DNA of 64,000 nt from an uncultured Candidatus Rokubacteria bacterium (lineage in GTDB: Bacteria; Methylomirabilota; Methylomirabilia; Rokubacteriales; DASRDR01). The notes below the pieces were generated by a model. It saw nothing but the letters and a program-made list of their open reading frames with translations. It was not told the origin of the DNA and ran no database searches. The DNA lies in NCBI GenBank assembly GCA_963805625.1, contig CAWDVE010000010.1, forward strand, positions 1,984,001 to 2,048,000, read 5' to 3'. Of this stretch, positions 37,535 to 48,079 are shown in pieces; the first letter of the stretch is position 1; each line of letters begins with the position of its first letter. The position numbers were made by a program, and so were the translations under genes.

Positions 37535-37966
37535 CTAGCGGCCCGGTCGGCTGTACTGCTGGGCGCGGACCACGCGGAGCCGGAACTCCCTTTCCCGACC
37601 TTGCTGAACGAGCTCCACCGCGAAGGCCGTCGGGCCTGCGCCAAACCCCGGACGGATGATGCTCGAGCCCTGGCTGACAACCTGCCCCTGTTCGTCCAGC
37701 CCCTCGAACGCAATCGTCGCGTCCCACTGGCTGCCGGCGGTCGACTCTGCCATCCCCACCGCCCGGACCGCCCCGCCTACGCGTTCGAGCGCCCAGCGGA
37801 GTGTGAGGAACTGCTCCCGCGTCGTGTTCGGCAGCGTCGGCGGAACCTCGATCCGAGCGCTCCGCACGCAGCCACCCGCGACGAGCGTGGAGGCAAGGAG
37901 CAGCCCGACCCAGCCAAGTCCGCCCGCCGCGCGCGAGAATCCGGCCACCCTGGGCTTCTTCGACAT
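37535..37966 (-). CDS. Hypothetical lipoprotein
   Basis: GGAGG SD, hydrophobic segment with VAGGC lipobox-like motif. Confidence 0.6.
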   Translation of the reverse strand: MSKKPRVAGFSRAAGGLGWVGLLLASTLVAGGCVRSARIEVPPTLPNTTREQFLTLRWALERVGGAVRAVGMAESTAGSQWDATIAFEGLDEQGQVVSQGSSIIRPGFGAGPTAFAVELVQQGREREFRLRVVRAQQYSRPGR

Positions 37967-38762
37967 GGCGAAACCTCCGGCCCAGTCGGCGGGTCAGCCT
38001 CTCCAGCCTGGGCTTGGTTTGGGGGTGTCCCGACGTGTGTTCAGAGTTCTAGACCGCCGTCGTCGCCTGATCGGCGCCGAGGGTCGCCCGCGTCATGTCC
38101 CGATCGCCGACACTCGTCCCAGTCGGCCGAAGTGCAGGTGGTCTCCTGGCACTCGAATTCACAGACCAGCCATCGCGCCAGCCTCACGATTGGGTCGATC
38201 ATGGCAGCCTCCGTCCCGGGCGACACTTTCGTCGGAAACCGACGCTGATAGTCACTTGAGTGCAAGCCGAATACCGCACGTCTACTCTCTCACCGCAAGC
38301 CCCATCGGGAGGGATGTATGGTGGAGCCTTCCGGCCGGGCCTCGGGTAATCAGCGCGCGTTCCGCCACCCTCCTGACGCCCGCCGTCGAAGCGATCGTCC
38401 AGGAGATGCTCGCCGCCGCCCGACGGCCGAGAATACGGCGGTGCCGCGTCGAGCCGGTCTCCGGGCGGAGTCGGCCGGATCGCGTTCACGCCGCAAGCCG
38501 ACGGGAGGGTGGAGTTCGTGGGCTGCGTGTCGATCGGGTCGCTGGACGCCGGGGCGGAGCTCGCGGGGCTGAGTAAAGCGGGCGTGTCCCCGACGTGATT
38601 CGCAGGCTTGTGGAAGCAGGAATTCCAAGGGTTTATCAAGATCGCCTGACAACCGCCTGGTCGTCCCCGGAAGCCCGCGAGGACCCGGGCGCCCGGCCCG
38701 CTTGCACGGCGACCGGAAGCTCGCCATGATCGGGAACGAGCCGAGGCACGGAAAGGAGCGTC

Positions 38763-40307
38763 ATGACCGAGCACGAGTACGACGCGATCCTCGTGGGGGC
38801 CGGCCACAACGGGCTGGTCACCGCCTACTACCTCGCAAAGGAAGGCCTATCGGTCCTCGTCCTCGAGCGCATCGAGCGGGTAGGCGGCGGCATCGGGACC
38901 GAGGAGCTCTATCCGGGTTTTCACGTGCCCTACTGCGCCTACATCTGCCACATGCTCCACGGGAGGATCATCGACGACCTGGAGCTCCGCCGGCATGGGT
39001 TCGACCTCTATCCGGTCGACCCCTGGAGCTTCCACCCGTTCCCTGACGGCACCCACCTCCTCGGCTGGCAGGACACGAAGAAGTTCGTGCGGGAGCTCCG
39101 GAAACTGTCCGCCCACGACGCCGAGGCCTATCCCGACTGGGTCTCGTTCTGGGACCGGGCGTGCGGGATCGTCTACCGGTACTTCCTCGCCGACCCGCCG
39201 ACCTTCGCCCAGGTCGCCGCCGAGGTCCGCGGGACCGCCGACGAGGCCGTCTGGGAGACGATGCTGACCGTTCCGGTACGGGACCTGCTCGACGAGCACT
39301 TCGAGGACCCACGGGTCAAGGCGTACTTCGTCAACGCTCAGGACGCCGGCGACCCGAGCGTGCCGGGCAGCATCCTCTCCGTCGCCTATATCCGGAGCGG
39401 CATCCTCGGCAAGCCCGAGAACCGCGGGATCCCCAAGGGCGGCATGGGGCGCGTGTCCGAGGCGATGGCCCGGGCGGCCCAGGCCCAGGGGGTGGAGATC
39501 CGGACCGGCGTGACGGTCGACCGGATCCTGGTCGAGGACGGTCAAGCCCGCGGGGTGCGCCTCGGCGACGGACGCGAGCTCCGCGCCTCGCTGGTGATCT
39601 CGAACGCCGACCCGAAGCGCACGTACCTCTCGCTCGTCGATCCGAAGGATCTCGACGAGGGCTTCATCCGCCGAGTCCGGAACCTGAAGACTCGGGCAAA
39701 CTGCGTGAAGGTCCTGGTCGCCCTGCGGGAGTTCCCGGATTTCAGCCGCTGGCTCGGCCCGGGCTTCGACCCGCGACTCGCCGCCTACGTGAAGATCTGC
39801 CCGTCCGTCGAGTGGTTCCAGGCGAGCTGCGATGCGGCGAAAGCCGGGCGCCTCTCCGAGACACCCATCATGTACGTGCAGTTCCCGACGGTCTACGACC
39901 GCACCCTTGCGCCGAAGGGCATGCACGTGATGTCGAGCTGGTCCCTGTACTACCCGGCCCAGCCGGCCGCCGGCCCGTGGGACACGGCGAAGAAGAAGGC
40001 CCTCGGCGAACTCCACGTGGAGATCCTGTCCCGGTACGCCCCGAACTTCAGGGATGCGGTCCTGGACGTCACGGTCGAGACACCGCTCGACATCGAATCC
40101 CGGATCGGGATGACCGACGGCAACATCCGGCATCTCGACATCACCCCCCAGCAGTTCTTCGCGCGGCGGATGCCGTATCGTGCGCCGATCAAGGGCCTCT
40201 ACCTCTGCGGCGGGGGCACGCATCCGGGCGGCGAGCTCACGGGGGCCCCCGGTCACAACTGCGCCCGTGCGATCCTGCGCGATCTGGAGGAGACGGCACC
40301 GCGCTAG
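38763..40307 (+). CDS. Phytoene dehydrogenase-like FAD-dependent oxidoreductase
   Basis: VGAGHNGL, PKGGMG, TPLDIE, GLYLCGGGTHPGG. Confidence 0.9.
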   Translation: MTEHEYDAILVGAGHNGLVTAYYLAKEGLSVLVLERIERVGGGIGTEELYPGFHVPYCAYICHMLHGRIIDDLELRRHGFDLYPVDPWSFHPFPDGTHLLGWQDTKKFVRELRKLSAHDAEAYPDWVSFWDRACGIVYRYFLADPPTFAQVAAEVRGTADEAVWETMLTVPVRDLLDEHFEDPRVKAYFVNAQDAGDPSVPGSILSVAYIRSGILGKPENRGIPKGGMGRVSEAMARAAQAQGVEIRTGVTVDRILVEDGQARGVRLGDGRELRASLVISNADPKRTYLSLVDPKDLDEGFIRRVRNLKTRANCVKVLVALREFPDFSRWLGPGFDPRLAAYVKICPSVEWFQASCDAAKAGRLSETPIMYVQFPTVYDRTLAPKGMHVMSSWSLYYPAQPAAGPWDTAKKKALGELHVEILSRYAPNFRDAVLDVTVETPLDIESRIGMTDGNIRHLDITPQQFFARRMPYRAPIKGLYLCGGGTHPGGELTGAPGHNCARAILRDLEETAPR

Positions 40308-40443
40308 CTCGCTCGGCACGAGCACGATCTTCCCGGCGACGTCGGCTCGCTCCAGCATCCGGTGGGCTCTCCCGATCGCGTTGGCTCACATGGACACGGC
40401 AGCATCCATGTGAGCGAGGGCCGTCGGAGCTCCGGGAGGCGGT

Positions 40444-40788
40444 TCAGGCCGGCCCCACGGCGAAGCGCGGCGGCCCGAGGTGCTGACCCCGGCAGACCGG
40501 GCAGGCCGAGGGCCGGTCGAGGCGGGCCCGCTTCCTGAAGACGAAGCCGCAGCCCAGACACCGGGCCGGCTCCATGCGGAGCCGCTCCGCCGTCGGCCGG
40601 AGCGAACGGGCGACGTGGGCGAGGTGATCGGCAACCTGCTTCTCCGGGATCCCGACGAGGCCCGAGAGTTCGTGGGCGGTGCGCGGACCCTCGCGGAGGT
40701 GGCGGAGGAGCGCTTCACGGACGGTGACCGAGCGCTCCGCCGGGGGGCGCTCACGTCGCGGCGCGGCCACGCCGCCAGGATACCGCAT
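40444..40788 (-). CDS. HTH plus Zn-ribbon transcriptional regulator (COG3357-like)
   Basis: ELSGLVGIPEKQVADHLAHVARS, CLGCGFVF, PSACPVC. Confidence 0.75.
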   Translation of the reverse strand: MRYPGGVAAPRRERPPAERSVTVREALLRHLREGPRTAHELSGLVGIPEKQVADHLAHVARSLRPTAERLRMEPARCLGCGFVFRKRARLDRPSACPVCRGQHLGPPRFAVGPA

Positions 40789-41047
40789 GTCAGCCCCGAC
40801 CCGGCAGGCCACCCCGAGCGATCGGGACACCCGATGGGTTCACGCGGTGATCAGGACTGTACCGCAGTGTTCGTTATGCACTCGTGAGACGTGAGAAATC
40901 TCGTTTCGGGGAATCCCCTCCGGCACAGTCCCCGCCTGCACGGGCGGCCGTCCGTGAACCGGATGTGAATTCAGTCAGGTGGTCGTGCTGATTTGGCCAC
41001 CGTCGTGCGAGACTCGACTGCCGGCCGCGATCGTGCGGCGCGAGCCG

Positions 41048-41623
41048 TCAGGGGGACCGGGGCGCCCCGGCACGGGCCTCGGCCAGGTCGTTCCAGACAC
41101 GTTGGTCGACGAGCTGGCCGTCCCGCACAGTGAAACGGTCGACGAATCGGATGCCGGAGAACGGGCTGCCGTCGAGCCACTCGCCCGCGAGCGTCCCGTA
41201 GCAGTACACGGCGACCCCATCGTCGCCCGGCGCCTCGTCGAACCGCTCGTAGATCTTCCTGGCGAATCGGTAGCGCTGCCGGGCCCACTCGACCAGCTCC
41301 CCGAGTCCGGAGAAAGTCCGATCCCCGGGAAAGGTCATGCGGAAGCCCTCCGCCAGCATCGCCTGGGCCCCGTCCAGGTCCCGCATCTCGACCGCGCGAA
41401 GAAAGGCGCGCACGAGCTCCGCGGGAGCGAGTGGGTTCGGGTCCCCGGCCCGGGCGCCGACCGCCGCCGGCCGGCGCGCATCGGCGGTCGCACCGAGAAC
41501 CACGACGACATCCTCCGGCCGGAGGCCGAGTACCTGCCCGACCGCCCCGGACAGGCTGGGGGCGAGCCCATCCTCGAGCTGCCGCTCGGACAGCCCCGTC
41601 AGGGTCACGGTGACGACCGTCAT
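41048..41623 (-). CDS. Tautomerase-like plus SnoaL-like fusion protein
   Basis: N-terminal beta-alpha-beta (VLGLRPEDVVVV); C-terminal GTLAGEWLDG, IRFVDRF, QRVWND. Confidence 0.7.
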   Translation of the reverse strand: MTVVTVTLTGLSERQLEDGLAPSLSGAVGQVLGLRPEDVVVVLGATADARRPAAVGARAGDPNPLAPAELVRAFLRAVEMRDLDGAQAMLAEGFRMTFPGDRTFSGLGELVEWARQRYRFARKIYERFDEAPGDDGVAVYCYGTLAGEWLDGSPFSGIRFVDRFTVRDGQLVDQRVWNDLAEARAGAPRSP

Positions 41624-42516
41624 GAGTACCTGGCCCGCGCGTCCTCCGGCACGCCGTAGGACTCCTCGAGCCGCTGCACCTCGGTCATGCCGAGCAGGTC
41701 GAAGAACTCCGTGAAGGACGCCACCTCGCCGACCAGGCCAGCGACGGAGCCGGTGTGGCGAAGGCGCCGGAGAACCTCTCGCGATGCGCGGATCGAGGCG
41801 AGGATCAGCCAGTTGGGGTAGATGACGAGCTTGAAACCGAGGGCGTCGATCTCGTCGATGCCCAGGAGGGGGGTCTTGCCGCTCGACGCCATGTTATAGA
41901 GGTGCGGCTTGGCGACCCGCAGCGGGATGGCGGCGAGCTGCTCGTGGGTCCTGGGCGCCTCGACGAAGATGACGTCTGCCCCTGCCTCCCCGTACCGCTG
42001 GGCGCGATCCACCGCGCATTCGAAACCCTCCACCGCGATGGCGTCGGTCCGTGCGATGAGCACGAGGTCACCGTCGAGGCGTGCGTCCGTGGCTGCCTTG
42101 ATCTTGGCCAGCATCTCCTCCGTGGAGATGAGCTGTTTGCCCGCGAGATGCCCGCACCGCTTAGGTAGGACCTGATCCTCGAGGTGCAGCGCCGCCACGC
42201 CGGCCTTCTCGTAGGCCTGGACCGTCCGGCGCACGTTCAGGGGTCCCCCGTAGCCGTTGTCGGCGTCGGCGATCAAGGGAAGTCCGGCAGCGTCGACGAT
42301 CCGGGCGGCGTTGTCGGCCATCTCCGTCATGGTGAGCAGGCCCACGTCGGGCATGCCCAGCCGCACGGCCGTCGTGCCGGCGCCGGTCATGTAGAGCGCG
42401 TCGAAGCCCTCCTGGGCCACGAGGCGGGCATTGAGCGCGTCGGCGACGCCGGGAGCCATGACGACCCCCGGCCGGGCGAGGAGCTCGCGCAAGCGGGCGG
42501 TAGGACGGACACTCAT
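41620..42516 (-). CDS. Isocitrate lyase/PEP mutase family lyase (PrpB/Dml-like)
   Basis: DADNGYGG, LEDQVLPKRCGH, IARTDA, GADVIFVEAP. Confidence 0.9.
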   Translation of the reverse strand: MSVRPTARLRELLARPGVVMAPGVADALNARLVAQEGFDALYMTGAGTTAVRLGMPDVGLLTMTEMADNAARIVDAAGLPLIADADNGYGGPLNVRRTVQAYEKAGVAALHLEDQVLPKRCGHLAGKQLISTEEMLAKIKAATDARLDGDLVLIARTDAIAVEGFECAVDRAQRYGEAGADVIFVEAPRTHEQLAAIPLRVAKPHLYNMASSGKTPLLGIDEIDALGFKLVIYPNWLILASIRASREVLRRLRHTGSVAGLVGEVASFTEFFDLLGMTEVQRLEESYGVPEDARARYS

Positions 42517-42734
42517 GGGCGCACACTCCCGGGTGATGGGTGTCATCGGCCTGGCCGGTCCTCGTACACCGCTACGGTAGCGCAAGTCGGCGGGCGCGGA
42601 AACGGGACCGACGCCCCTCCCACCGCGGGTGACGTTGTCCTCGCTCGGGGACACCCCTATACTTGGCATCGACATCCGGTGGCCACGACCGACGCAACGA
42701 GAGCGGGCGACGAGCCCGAGAAGGACGGCCAAGC

Positions 42735-43964
42735 ATGGACACTCTGGGCAAGGAGCGGGACTCGCAGATCTCCCGGCGTCAGTTCGTGGTCGCGACGGCG
42801 GCGACCGCCGTCGCAGCCTTCCCGGCGATCCTGAGGGCGCAGGCGGCCCCTGTGAAGGTTGGCATCATGCACCCCATCACGGGGTTCCTCGCGTACTCAG
42901 GTAACCAGTGCCGCGCCGGCGCCCTGATGGCGGTGGAGGAGATCAACGCCGGCGGGGGCATCAAGGCCCTCGGCGGGGCCAAGATCGAGCCCCTGCTCGC
43001 CGACAACCAGTCGAAAGTCGACGTCGGCGCGTCGGAGTTCGAGAAGCTGAACGAGGCAGGCATCTCGGCCTTCGTGGGACCGTACGCCAGCGCGATCGGC
43101 ATCTCCACCTCCCAGGCCGCCACGCGCTACGCCCTCCCTCACGTCTGCGACGTCACGGTGTCGGACCGGGTCGTGGCCAAGGACAAGCCCACCACGTTCC
43201 GCTTCAGTCCGGGATACACCTCGATCGCCGAGACGGCGATCTCCCGGCTCGACGAGATCAACAAGTCGGCCGGCGGCATCGCCAAGAAAGTCATGATGGT
43301 GCACGAGGAGTCGGAGTCCGGCGCCGGCACCCAGAAGATGCTCGCCAAGGAGCTGCCGAAGTACGGCTTCGACATCGTCGAGACCGTCCTCCACCCGAAC
43401 CCGACGCGGGACTTCAGCAACATCGTCCTCCGCATCCGCGCGCGCAATCCGGACATCTTGATCATCGGCAACTACTACGACGAGTACGTGCTCCTGGTCC
43501 GGACGTTGCGTCAGCAGCAGGTCCGGCTCAAGGGCATCTACTCGGTCCTCGGCGGCGGGGCGTCGAGCTACCGCTTCGTGCGGGAGTCCGCGGAGGCGGC
43601 CCAGCACATCATGGACACCAACCACTGGTACAACCCGCTCAACCCGAAGGCCCTCGACCTGCGGAAGCGAGTGGAAGCTAAGGGGCTCGACTTCTCCTAT
43701 GAGGTGTACCTGAACTACAACGCGGTCATGTGGCTGGCCGACTCCATCGAGCGGGCGCGCTCCGCCAAGCGAGAGGCGATCGTGGAGGCGCTGGCCACCA
43801 GCACCTGGAGCGGCCACATCCTGCCGTACGGGCCGACGAAGATCGTCGACGGCCAGAACACCGGCGCCATGGCCGCCACGCTGCAGGTCCAGGGGAACGA
43901 CATCCAGGTGATCCTGCCGAAGCAGTTCGCGTCGGCCAAGATCGTCTTCCCCGCCCCGGCCTGA
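42735..43964 (+). CDS. HAAT (Liv-type) ABC substrate-binding protein with Tat signal
   Basis: SRRQF Tat motif, EINAGGGIKALGGAKIE. Confidence 0.88.
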   Translation: MDTLGKERDSQISRRQFVVATAATAVAAFPAILRAQAAPVKVGIMHPITGFLAYSGNQCRAGALMAVEEINAGGGIKALGGAKIEPLLADNQSKVDVGASEFEKLNEAGISAFVGPYASAIGISTSQAATRYALPHVCDVTVSDRVVAKDKPTTFRFSPGYTSIAETAISRLDEINKSAGGIAKKVMMVHEESESGAGTQKMLAKELPKYGFDIVETVLHPNPTRDFSNIVLRIRARNPDILIIGNYYDEYVLLVRTLRQQQVRLKGIYSVLGGGASSYRFVRESAEAAQHIMDTNHWYNPLNPKALDLRKRVEAKGLDFSYEVYLNYNAVMWLADSIERARSAKREAIVEALATSTWSGHILPYGPTKIVDGQNTGAMAATLQVQGNDIQVILPKQFASAKIVFPAPA

Positions 43965-44040
43965 GCCGGTCGATCCTCCGGACCCCGGCCTGCCCGCCGG
44001 CCGGGGTCCGGCCGGGTCGGCCACCGCGCCTGATCCGCTC

Positions 44041-44913
44041 ATGCTCGAGCTGACGATCCTGGCACCGGCCCTGATCAACGGGGCCATGACGGGTGCGGTC
44101 TACGCGCTGATCGCCCTCGGCCTGACTCTGGTCTTCGGCGTGCTGCACATCATCAACTTCGCCCACGGCAGCCTGCTGATGGTCGCCATGTACGGCGTCT
44201 TCTTCCTCAACCGCCACCTCGGGCTCGATCCGTACCTGGCCATCCCCATCATGACGGCGGCCATGTTCGTTCTCGGCTTCGGGCTCCAGAAGAGCGTCAT
44301 CAGCAGGGCGAGCCACGGCCGCGACGAGATGATCCTCCTCGTCACGCTCGGCATCTCACTGATCATCGAGAACCTGGCGCTCTACCTGTGGTCGGCAGAC
44401 ACCCGCAACGTCCAGCTCCCTTACGGCTTCGCCGTGGTCAACCTCGGGGTGGCGCTGGTGTCGCGCACCCGCCTGATCGCGTTCGTCGCGGCCGTCGTGC
44501 TGTCCGCCCTGCTCTGGCTGCTCATCGACCGCACGGATCTGGGCAAGGCGATCCGCGCCGTCGCCCGGGAAAAGCAGGGCGCCCGGGTCGTCGGCATCGA
44601 CGTGGAGCACATCTACGCGATGAGCTTCGGCATCGGCGTCGCATGCCTGGGAGCCGCCGCGTGTCTCCTGCTCCCGATCTACTACGTCAACCCGCAGGTT
44701 GGCAACGTGTTCGTGCTGGTGGCCTTCACCATCGTTGTCCTGGGCGGCATGGGCAGCTTCGTGGGCGCGTTCGCGGGGGGGATCATCATCGGCATCGCGG
44801 AATCGCTGGGGGGGCTGTTCCTGGGCGAGAGCTTGGGCCAGATCGGCATCTTCCTCATCTTCATCGCCATCCTGCTGTTCCGGCCGACCGGTCTCTTCCG
44901 GGCAAGGGCGTAG
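44041..44913 (+). CDS. livH: HAAT ABC permease
   Basis: YALIALGLTLVFGVLHIINFAHG, GKAIRAVA, VVLGGMGS. Confidence 0.88.
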   Translation: MLELTILAPALINGAMTGAVYALIALGLTLVFGVLHIINFAHGSLLMVAMYGVFFLNRHLGLDPYLAIPIMTAAMFVLGFGLQKSVISRASHGRDEMILLVTLGISLIIENLALYLWSADTRNVQLPYGFAVVNLGVALVSRTRLIAFVAAVVLSALLWLLIDRTDLGKAIRAVAREKQGARVVGIDVEHIYAMSFGIGVACLGAAACLLLPIYYVNPQVGNVFVLVAFTIVVLGGMGSFVGAFAGGIIIGIAESLGGLFLGESLGQIGIFLIFIAILLFRPTGLFRARA

Positions 44914-44922
44914 AGGCGGGCG

Positions 44923-45903
44923 GTGGGGAGAAACGCGGTGGTCGGGGCGGTGGCGCTGGGACTCGCCCTGGCCGTTCCCCTGATCGTGCAGTCGGGCTTT
45001 TGGCTGAACCTGCTGACCCTGATGCTGTTCTTCGGCTATCTCGGCGGGTCCTGGAACATCCTCGGCGGGTACGCGGGCCAGTTCTCGTTCGGCCACGCCG
45101 CCTTCTTCGGGACCGGGGCCTACGTCACCGCAATCCTCCAGCTCACCCTCGGCCTGAACCCCTGGGTCACCATGCTCTTCGCCGCGGTCGGAGGCGCCTC
45201 GGTCGGTCTCGTGACCGGCTTCCTCAGCTTCCGCTACGGCCTCCGGGGCAGTTACTTCGCGCTGATCACGCTGGCCTTTTCCGAGGTGCTCCGCGTCCTA
45301 GCCACCACAGCCAAGATCACCAACGGCGGCCAGGGACTGGTCATCCCGTTGAGGACCGGGTTGGGAAACTTCCAGTTCGCCGGCAAGGCCGGCTACTACT
45401 ACGTCGCCCTGGCCATGACGCTCATCTCGCTGGCGGCGGCCTGGTGCCTCGAGCACTCGCGCTTCGGCGCCCGGCTCATGGCGGTGCGCGAGAACGAGGA
45501 CGCGGCGGAAGCCCTGGGGGTGAACGCGTTTGGGCACAAGCTGGCCGCGATCACCATCTCCGGGATGATGGCCGGCGCCGGTGGCACCTTCTACGTGCAG
45601 ATGTTCTTCTACGTCGACCCCGCCATCGCGTACGGTCCGGCGATGTCCGTCGAGAGCTTGCTGGTCTCGATCATCGGCGGGATGGGCACGGTCGCGGGGC
45701 CCCTGCTGGGCTCGATCGTCCTGCACCTCGTCGGCGACCTCACACGGAAGGTGCTGGCGAACGCTCCCGGGATCAGTCTCGTCCTCTACGGCGTGCTGCT
45801 CATCCTCATCCTGCGCTACCTCCCGAACGGGCTGATCGGGGGCGCCCGGGCCCTGGCCGGACGGGTGGGGCTGGGGACCGCCCGATCCGGGTCGACCGGG
45901 TGA
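44923..45903 (+). CDS. livM: HAAT ABC permease
   Basis: GYAGQFSFGHAAFFG, YFALITLAF, AVRENEDAAEALG. Confidence 0.88.
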   Translation: MGRNAVVGAVALGLALAVPLIVQSGFWLNLLTLMLFFGYLGGSWNILGGYAGQFSFGHAAFFGTGAYVTAILQLTLGLNPWVTMLFAAVGGASVGLVTGFLSFRYGLRGSYFALITLAFSEVLRVLATTAKITNGGQGLVIPLRTGLGNFQFAGKAGYYYVALAMTLISLAAAWCLEHSRFGARLMAVRENEDAAEALGVNAFGHKLAAITISGMMAGAGGTFYVQMFFYVDPAIAYGPAMSVESLLVSIIGGMGTVAGPLLGSIVLHLVGDLTRKVLANAPGISLVLYGVLLILILRYLPNGLIGGARALAGRVGLGTARSGSTG

Positions 45904-45908
45904 CCGCG

Positions 45909-46667
45909 ATGCTCCGGGTGTCCGCGCTCAGCAAGAGCTTCGGCGGCCTCCGGGCGGTCGACGGCGTCTCGCTCCAGGTGGACGAGGGGCGGATCGTGGC
46001 TCTCATCGGACCCAACGGAGCCGGTAAGACGACGCTGTTCGCCATGATCTCGGGGTTCCTCAGGCCCGACGGCGGGACGGTCGCGTTCCTCGGCGTCGAC
46101 ATCACCGGGCTGGCCCGGCACCGGATCTGCAACCTCGGGCTGGTTCGCACGTTCCAGCTGGTCCAGCCCTTCGCGGGGCTGACCGTGCGCGAGAACATCG
46201 CGATCGGGGCCCACGTCCGGCTCGCGCGTCGCCGTGACGCCCTGGCCCGAGCGGCCGAGGTGGCGCAGCGCGTGCACCTGGTCCGCCAGCTCGACGAGCC
46301 GGCGGCTCGCCTGACCGTGGCGGGCCGCAAGCGGCTGGAGCTCGCCCGCGCCCTCGCCACCCAGCCGAAGCTCCTCCTCCTCGACGAGGTGATGGCCGGG
46401 CTCACCCCGACGGAGACCGAGGAAGTGGTCCAGATCATCCGGACGATCCGGGACTCGGGCGTGACCGTCCTCCTCATCGAGCACGTCATGCAGGCGGTCA
46501 TGCGGCTATCCGAGCAGGTCTATGTCCTGAGCGACGGACAAATCATCGCGGAGGGGCGGCCGGCCGACATCGCCGCCGACCCGACGGTGATCGAGGCCTA
46601 CCTCGGGCGCGGGGCCGCCGCACGGATGGCGGCCGCCGCCGGGACGGAGCCAGCCCGTGGCCGCTAG
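45909..46667 (+). CDS. livG: HAAT ABC ATP-binding protein
   Basis: FGGLRAV, GPNGAGKTT, RTFQ, LLLDE, VIEAYLG. Confidence 0.9.
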   Translation: MLRVSALSKSFGGLRAVDGVSLQVDEGRIVALIGPNGAGKTTLFAMISGFLRPDGGTVAFLGVDITGLARHRICNLGLVRTFQLVQPFAGLTVRENIAIGAHVRLARRRDALARAAEVAQRVHLVRQLDEPAARLTVAGRKRLELARALATQPKLLLLDEVMAGLTPTETEEVVQIIRTIRDSGVTVLLIEHVMQAVMRLSEQVYVLSDGQIIAEGRPADIAADPTVIEAYLGRGAAARMAAAAGTEPARGR

Positions 46668-47373
46668 GCGCCTGCTCGACGTGGAGCGGCTGTCGGCGGG
46701 CTACGGGCCCGTGCAGGTGCTGTACGACGTGTCGATCGCGATCGACTCGGGAGAGATCGTGGCGGTGTTGGGCAGCAACGGCGCCGGCAAGTCCACGCTG
46801 ATCAACGTCGTCACCGGGATCGACCTCCCGCGCGGCGGGACGGTCCGCTTCGATGGCCGCCCCATCCCGCCGGGGGTGTCGTGGGCGTGCGTGGCGGCCG
46901 GCATGGTGCAGGTCCCGGAGGGCCGCCGCATCTTCCCCAACCTCACGGTCCGCGAGAACCTGGAGCTCGGGAGCTACCGCCGGGGCAAGGCGAACCGCGC
47001 GCGCAATCTCGAGCGGGTGACCGGGGTCTTCCCGCGTCTGGCCGAGCGCATCGGCCAGTCCGCCGGAACGCTCTCCGGGGGCGAGCAGCAGATGCTCGCG
47101 ATCGGTCGGGGCCTGATGGCCGAGCCGACCCTCCTGATCCTGGACGAGCCGTCGCTCGGCCTGTCTCCCCGTCTGGTCGACGAGATCTTCGCGCTGATCC
47201 AGAGCATGAACCGGGACGGGCTCACGATCCTGCTGGTGGAGCAGAACGTGATGCAGTCCCTGTCGATCGCGCACCGGGCCTACGTCATCGAGAACGGCCG
47301 CCTGACGCTGTCGGGCAGCGCCGCCGATCTCATCGAGAACCCCGAGGTGAGACGGTCGTACCTCGGGCTTTGA
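46657..47373 (+). CDS. livF: HAAT ABC ATP-binding protein
   Basis: GSNGAGKST, VPEGRRIF, LSGGEQQML, DEPSLGL, LVEQN. Confidence 0.9.
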   Translation: MAARRLLDVERLSAGYGPVQVLYDVSIAIDSGEIVAVLGSNGAGKSTLINVVTGIDLPRGGTVRFDGRPIPPGVSWACVAAGMVQVPEGRRIFPNLTVRENLELGSYRRGKANRARNLERVTGVFPRLAERIGQSAGTLSGGEQQMLAIGRGLMAEPTLLILDEPSLGLSPRLVDEIFALIQSMNRDGLTILLVEQNVMQSLSIAHRAYVIENGRLTLSGSAADLIENPEVRRSYLGL

Positions 47374-47395
47374 AAACCGGGAGGCAAGGGAGACC

Positions 47396-48070
47396 ATGGA
47401 GACATCCGACAAGACGGCCCGGCAGCTGTACGAGGAGCTCAAGGCGCGGCCGACCCGTCCCCGCTTCGGCTTCGGGCGGAAGGCGGCGATCGTGAACATC
47501 GACCTGCAGAAGTCGTACACGAACGTGGGGGAGTTCGTGACGGCCTACGAGACGCACCCCCGGCAGGTCGACTACGTCAACCAGATCTCCGACCTGGCCC
47601 GGGCCAAGGGCCTGCCGGTCGTCTGGACCTACGTCGCCTACATGGAGTCGGGGGAGGACTGCGGCGTGTGGGGCACCCGGACGGCCACCCCGGACTCGCT
47701 CCAGAACATCAAGGTGGGCTCCCGCCGGGCCGAGCTCGACGACAGGCTGCACGTGGACCGGGTCAGGGACGTGATCGTCAACAAGCGCATGGCGTCCGCC
47801 CTTCACGAGACTCACCTGGCGTCGCTGTTCATCTGGCACCGGGTCGACACGCTGATCGTGACCGGCGGCTCCACGTCGGGCTGTGTGCGGGCCACGGTCG
47901 TCGACAGCCTGAGCCACGGGTACCGGACGATCGTGCCGGAGGAGTGCGTGGCCGACAAGCACGAGAGCCCGCACTTCGCCAACCTGTACGACATGGCGCT
48001 CAAATATGCCGACGTGGTGCCGGCCGCGGACGTCCTCCGGTACCTGCGGGACTACCAGCCCGGCGCGTGA
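47396..48070 (+). CDS. Isochorismatase-family cysteine hydrolase (maleamate/N-carbamoylsarcosine amidase-like)
   Basis: FGFGRKAA, IDLQ, KRMASA, STSGCVRATVVD. Confidence 0.88.
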   Translation: METSDKTARQLYEELKARPTRPRFGFGRKAAIVNIDLQKSYTNVGEFVTAYETHPRQVDYVNQISDLARAKGLPVVWTYVAYMESGEDCGVWGTRTATPDSLQNIKVGSRRAELDDRLHVDRVRDVIVNKRMASALHETHLASLFIWHRVDTLIVTGGSTSGCVRATVVDSLSHGYRTIVPEECVADKHESPHFANLYDMALKYADVVPAADVLRYLRDYQPGA

Positions 48071-48079
48071 GGGGAGACC

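Noticed and set aside
44388-45908. Long N-terminal extension on livG in the ORF track
   Set aside because: Overlaps livH/livM out of frame; the real start is at 45900 or 45909
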